A stretch of DNA of 64,000 nt from Anthoceros angustus. Lineage: Eukaryota; Plantae; Anthocerotophyta. Positions 59,145-64,000 of the stretch are shown here, one piece after another (the first letter of the stretch is position 1; every line of letters starts with the position of its first letter). The notes beneath the pieces are model-generated. The model did no database searches, was not told where the DNA came from, and saw only the letters and a list, made by a program, of their open reading frames with translations. A program made the translations under genes and the position numbers. The DNA is taken from contig MU008152.1 in the NCBI GenBank assembly GCA_010909165.1, forward strand, positions 1 to 64,000. Direction: 5' to 3'.

Positions 59145-62100
59145 CTACCAGGCACGGGGGACCTCTTGGGAGTAGAAGATTCTGGAGGGCTCGTCGGGAG
59201 CCGGGTCGGAGGAGGGCAGGATGCTGGAGTCTGTGGTGGAGGTGTAGCTGGTGGTGATGAGGGCGGGGGGCACGGGACTGCCGGGGTCGCTGCCCGCTTC
59301 TTCTTCCTGTGCCCTGAACTCCGTTTCCAGGGTCTGGGTGATGGCGTGCACCACCTGGGTCATGCTGGGCCGGGCAGCGGCCGAGATGGCCACGCAGCTG
59401 ATGGCGCATTCTGCGAATCTCCACACGGCCTCCACGTTGTATTCCCCCAGGAGCGTTGGGTCGACTACTGATTCCATGCTTCCTGTGCTCATGGCGTTGC
59501 GGACCTGGGAGGAGCAGGAGGAGGGCGTCAGCTGTGGGTTGGATTGAGGGAGGAGGAAGGGGTGGGTGGGTGATGGGGACTACTTACTCTGTGGACCAGG
59601 AATTTTGTGGGTCCTCGTTCCGCGATGGGGGGCTGGCCGCACAGGGTTTCGAGCATGAGGACGCCGAAGCTGAAGACGTCGCTTTTGACGGTGAGGAGGC
59701 CGCTGGTAGTGCACCTGCAGCAGCGGGGAGGGGTTAGTGTAGCGGGGTGGAAGGGCGGAGGAGTGTGGGGTGTGGGTGGTGCGTACTCTGGGGCCAGGTA
59801 TGCCATCGTGCCTCTCTCCATGGCGACCGCATTCGTTTCCCGCTCGTTGAGGAGTTTGGAGAGGCCGAAGTCTGCTACTTTGGCCTTCAGCTTCTGGGTG
59901 AGCAGGATGTTGCTGCTCTTCACGTCTCCGTGGATGATGGGTGGGCTGCATCCGTGGTGCAGGTATTCCAGTCCTGCAGACGGATGGTGGGTGTTAGAGA
60001 GTGGTTTGTGTGGGGAAGAGGGGAAGGTCTCTGGTGGTGGTGTACCTTTGGCAGCATCGCATGCTATTTGCAGTCTTTGCCTCCAGGTTAGCGGGACTTG
60101 GTCTGGTCCTGTGGGTGAACATCCAGGTTGGTTTGGGTTCAGTACGACATTTGTGCTAGCATTTGCTAGCAAGGTCACGCCAATAACAGAAGCGAGGAGT
60201 CGAGGCTGACCGTGGAGGTGAGTTTTCAAGTCTCCGCCGGCCATGTATTCATACACAAGTAGGAGGTCCTTCCCTTGCTTGCTGTAACCCACAAGGGACA
60301 CCAGGTGCTTGTAGTGGACTGTGGAGAGGTGGTGAACCTGCGAGAGGTAGACAGGGTTTAGGCTCGTGCACTAACTATTGAGGGGACTGGATTGCTGTAA
60401 TAGCCGAAGGGTCTCCCAGCCTTGACGTACGTACCTCCTTAATGGCCACTCGGGCCTTTGCAGCCAGAACTTTGACAGCAATTTCTTGATCGTCTTGCAG
60501 GATGCCGTAGTATACTGGCCCAAACCTACCTTCGCCTAGTCTGTCTGCGAAGTCGCCGGTGGCCTGTTTGATGGCGTTTACCGAGTATGCCCGAGCTTGT
60601 CCACTGATGGGATGAACGCTCGGGTTTGTTGGAGCGGTTGTTGAAAATCCTGCCAAACCAGGCCTGTTGCCACAGCAGTCCAAACGACAGGCAGATTCAA
60701 GATGCACCAGTTTCTGCAGTCAACAAGATTGTACCAGTTACTGAAAGCACTTTAAGAATCGGTTGAGATTCGCTTCGTTGTGAACGCCACCACCAGGTCA
60801 CGAGGCCACCAATGAAACACAGGACCAAAGTGACTCCAGTCGCACAGCCTATGAAAATTGCGACCGATCTTGAACTTCCTGCACTGGCTCTTGCAGAGGG
60901 CTGAACCCAGCCTGGAGATGTCAAGGGAGGAGATGCAGGGCACAAAGCGTTGTCTTGTTCAATACACCGGAGGTCAGGGTTCCCTGAGTACCTGCAAACG
61001 ATTTGCTGGAGTTTCGTGAAAACTTGTGCATACCTATTAAATCAGAACTTGAGACGAGTGCAGTCACTTCCAAGGCCCAGGGCAACTCATCTTGAGCACA
61101 ACCTGAATCCACTTGTTAGTCCTGGTGGTGATATGTCAGTGATGTACGAGGCGGGGAATGTGCCATTCAACTCGTTGTTGGAAACATCCCTGCTCCAGAC
61201 AGTCTTGTCAAAATCATCAGAGACATTGACCAAGGCCGCTGATTGCTTCTTCAAGAGCTAGAAAAATCTTGAAAGGACTTAAATTTCCTTCCAGCCACAA
61301 CTTACAGTGTTTGCAAGGATGTCAAATTTGCCAACCACGTAGGGAGTGTGCCGTTGAAGTGGTTGTTTGACAGGTCCCTGGGACCGACCAGTTTCGTTAG
61401 CCCAGAGAAGAAACCATGGACAGGCATCAAATATTGACGGAAGACATTATTATACTCACAGGACTTCCAAAGACGTTAAGTTTCCAATGGATGCAGGAAT
61501 CTCGCCGGTGTAACCTTTTCCGGAGATATTCCTAGGAGTAAACATGCATTGAATGATGAACATCTCAGGAACATTTGGCAGCCTGTTATGAGTTACATAC
61601 ATGTCTGTGTAGGCACAGAGGCAACTCTTAAAGAAATTGTAGGAAGGCAACTCACAAAGAAGTGACGCGGTCGTTGTTGCACTCAAGCTCAGTCCAAGGG
61701 ATAGGAAAGCAAGGATCACCACTCCATTCATCGTTGGAGCCAAGAGCAGAATTCAAACCTGTCAAGGCAGAAACTGCAGAAGCAAACACAGAAATTATGG
61801 TGGAAGCAATCAACACTAAATCCAAACCTCAGCGAGCCTTAGGCCTTGAGGCTGCTCTTGACAGACCATGATTCCCCTACCGTCTCCAGCGTTGGTCCCA
61901 GGAACGACATCGCGAACCTCAAACATCTCAAAAGCATTGATGAGCGGGTCATAGTCGGAGGTCTTGTCCCGGCTGAGATTGAACTGGATGACCGTTAGGT
62001 TTTGTTCCACAATTGCGTAGTCGTACACTCCGAAAGGGAGGGAAGTGAATGGGTGTGCTAATTCGGTGATGTTCCAGAGGTAATATGCCTCACCAGTGGG

Positions 62101-63404
62101 CGGCCGCACTGTATTCGGTGTCACATCGATTCTGCGCCTGCCTCACACAAGCTCAATCACTCGTCAGATCCCTCCAAATCCGGAACATTTCAAACGAAGA
62201 TGCCAACCGAACTTCAGGGGTGCGCCATTACATACTTGGTTCCTGCTGGGAGAGTGGCGTTTAGCTCGCAAAAATAAACGTAGCCATAGATTCGCTTGAC
62301 ACCCGCGAGAATCCCTTTGGAATAGCTGATTCGAGGACCTGTAAGCGCAGACTGCATGACACGGCTTGGAGGCAAGTCGGCTGCAAGGTTATTCTCAATC
62401 TTCTGGTTCGGATAACGTGGTGCATAGATGCTCCTGGTGTTGGAGCCAGGGCTTGCAACCACAGGGTTCCACATTCGATCGTAGTAATCGTGCGGGAACC
62501 TGGATGTGAGCAGCAGCCATCAGGACTCAACACCCTGTCACAGCTTGTCAGCAATCTGGAATGAATGTTGGACATTGCAAGCAGGTACCTGAGAGCCCCA
62601 CGTTCTTTGGCTCCGAAATTCTCCCTGGCCAGCGTCCTGAGCAGCACGGTGGCGGGCTTCTTGAAACGGTCTACGTAAGTCCCATTCGCCTGCGGCCGAA
62701 GCTCCAATGCGTTGATGAAAGGAGTGCTGCGGTCGTCTATCCTGATGAGGCAAACGCTCATCCTGGTCCTGGATGTCTCCGTCCCCACGACCACCTCAGT
62801 CCAGACGGGGTCATCCATTCCCGTGTCGATGCTCACTTCGGTCCAGACCGTGCTGTCCACGCCCAGCTGCAGGCAGCGGGGTTCGACATTGCTCAGCTTT
62901 GATGCCTGGAGCTAGAATTCTGGACGTGCCAAATGTTTGAGAGCATACAGCACCTGAAATCGGATGAAGGCATCGGCAGGATTCGTTTGATTCGTGTAAT
63001 TGCCGAAGTAGAACCAGGCGCGGACGAGGTAGACGGTAGCCGGGAGCACCGAAATTTGGAAGCAATTCTTTCTGGGAGTGGACGATGGCGGGAAGTGGCG
63101 CAAGGTGAGCAAGTGGTGGCTCCGGTTTGCAGCCTGGCTGACGACGGATGCTCTGAGGCCAGTGGAGATGTAGCGCTCGTCGCTGGTGTAGACGAGGGTT
63201 GTGTTGAAGTCACGGGACGTGGAGTTTGCCATAGCGCCGCAGTCGATGTTGATGAAACTCCCTGGATATGGAGACATTCAAGAATTCCAAAAAGCTTGCT
63301 TACAACCTTCAAGAGTAGAAATAAAATTGTATGAGAAGGGTTCGCGACAAACCTCGTGTTCGCTGAGCAAGGAGGGCAGCAACAACCAGAATTAGCTGCC
63401 ACAT
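59145..63404 (-). CDS. Malectin-like domain LRR receptor-like kinase (LRR-I type), multi-exon
   Basis: Signal peptide MWQLILVVAALLAQ; GSFINIDCG, TLRHFP..KNCF, YLVRAWFYFGNY, PFINALELRP, DYYDRMW, PLINAFE; short LRR exons (LTSLEVL, DLSNNHFNGTLP); TM IFIGCATGVTLVLCFIGGLV; kinase LGEGRFGPVYYG, IAVK, HGDVKSSNILL, ADFGLSK, GTMAYLAPEY, KSDVFSFGV, RPSM. Confidence 0.92.
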
Positions 63405-64000
63405 TGTTGCAGGCGAAGGAAGAACGGCCTGCAATGTTGCCGAGGCAACTCGAATTCACGTCCGGGGCAGAGAAGGCATGCATGCCTAGGCTGGGATTCG
63501 GATGGCCTGCAGGAGCTGCCGAGCAAATCCTGGTGTGGAAACAGATGACCATTCAAGACTTGAGTCAAAAGCTTACGCGCGGTTGTTTTGTTATTAGTCG
63601 AGGCTGTGACGTTGTGCCATGACGCTGCTAATTCCCGTGTGTTGGAATATCCATCATGAATTTTCCCAATGCGGCCAGTGAGCTTAGATTCCAGGATTCT
63701 CTTCCCCGGTGAGCCTCGAGCCAGACAGACTTCGGTGCAGGTGCTGCCTCTGCTTCTCTGCTTCTTCAGGTGCGTGAGTTTCACTGCATATGTCTTTGGG
63801 ATTTGCAATGTGCAAGCTTATATATATCCCAACTTTGCAATGTTCCTCTACATGACTTCTATATCCCTCGGTTTCTCTCTGTCTTGGAATCCAGCATCCG
63901 CGCTTTCTATCCGCCATTGGTGAACGAGACTGTTTGGCTTGCCGTGTTCGAGATCCTCTGGTTTCGGGTCTTCAGCACCAATGATCCGTTAATTCAGGAC

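Overview
Eukaryotic nuclear DNA from a compact-genome, non-seed land plant. Short (~90-110 nt) GT-AG introns, ~50% GC and PLS-class PPR genes suggest a hornwort or lycophyte; this is inference. The window has two compartments. (1) About 1-22.3 kb is nested, degenerate transposon debris: a Mutator-like (MULE DDE+SWIM) transposase remnant head-to-head with a frameshifted ParB/Srx + beta-class N4C/N6A DNA-methyltransferase gene, a captured ATXR3/SDG2 fragment, a Ty3/gypsy integrase, a ~1.5-kb tandem duplication ending in a CACTA terminus, and a Ty1/copia gag. (2) About 22.8-64 kb is gene-dense: a PPR pseudogene, intronless PTST1, a canonical HELLGH-type DPP3, tRNA-Thr(UGU), an OSCA/CSC1 channel, an ERD7-like gene, four intronless F-box-family genes (one lacking the F-box), an At1g26460-like P-type PPR, a PLS-E+ PPR apparently spliced to a second PLS block, NIC1, an SDR pseudogene and a non-RD malectin-LRR receptor kinase. 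The most notable candidate is a DNA transposon carrying a bacterial-type ParB-fused amino-methyltransferase, with a repeated GC-rich palindrome in its non-coding parts. All homology calls come from motif recognition by eye; no database searches were run.
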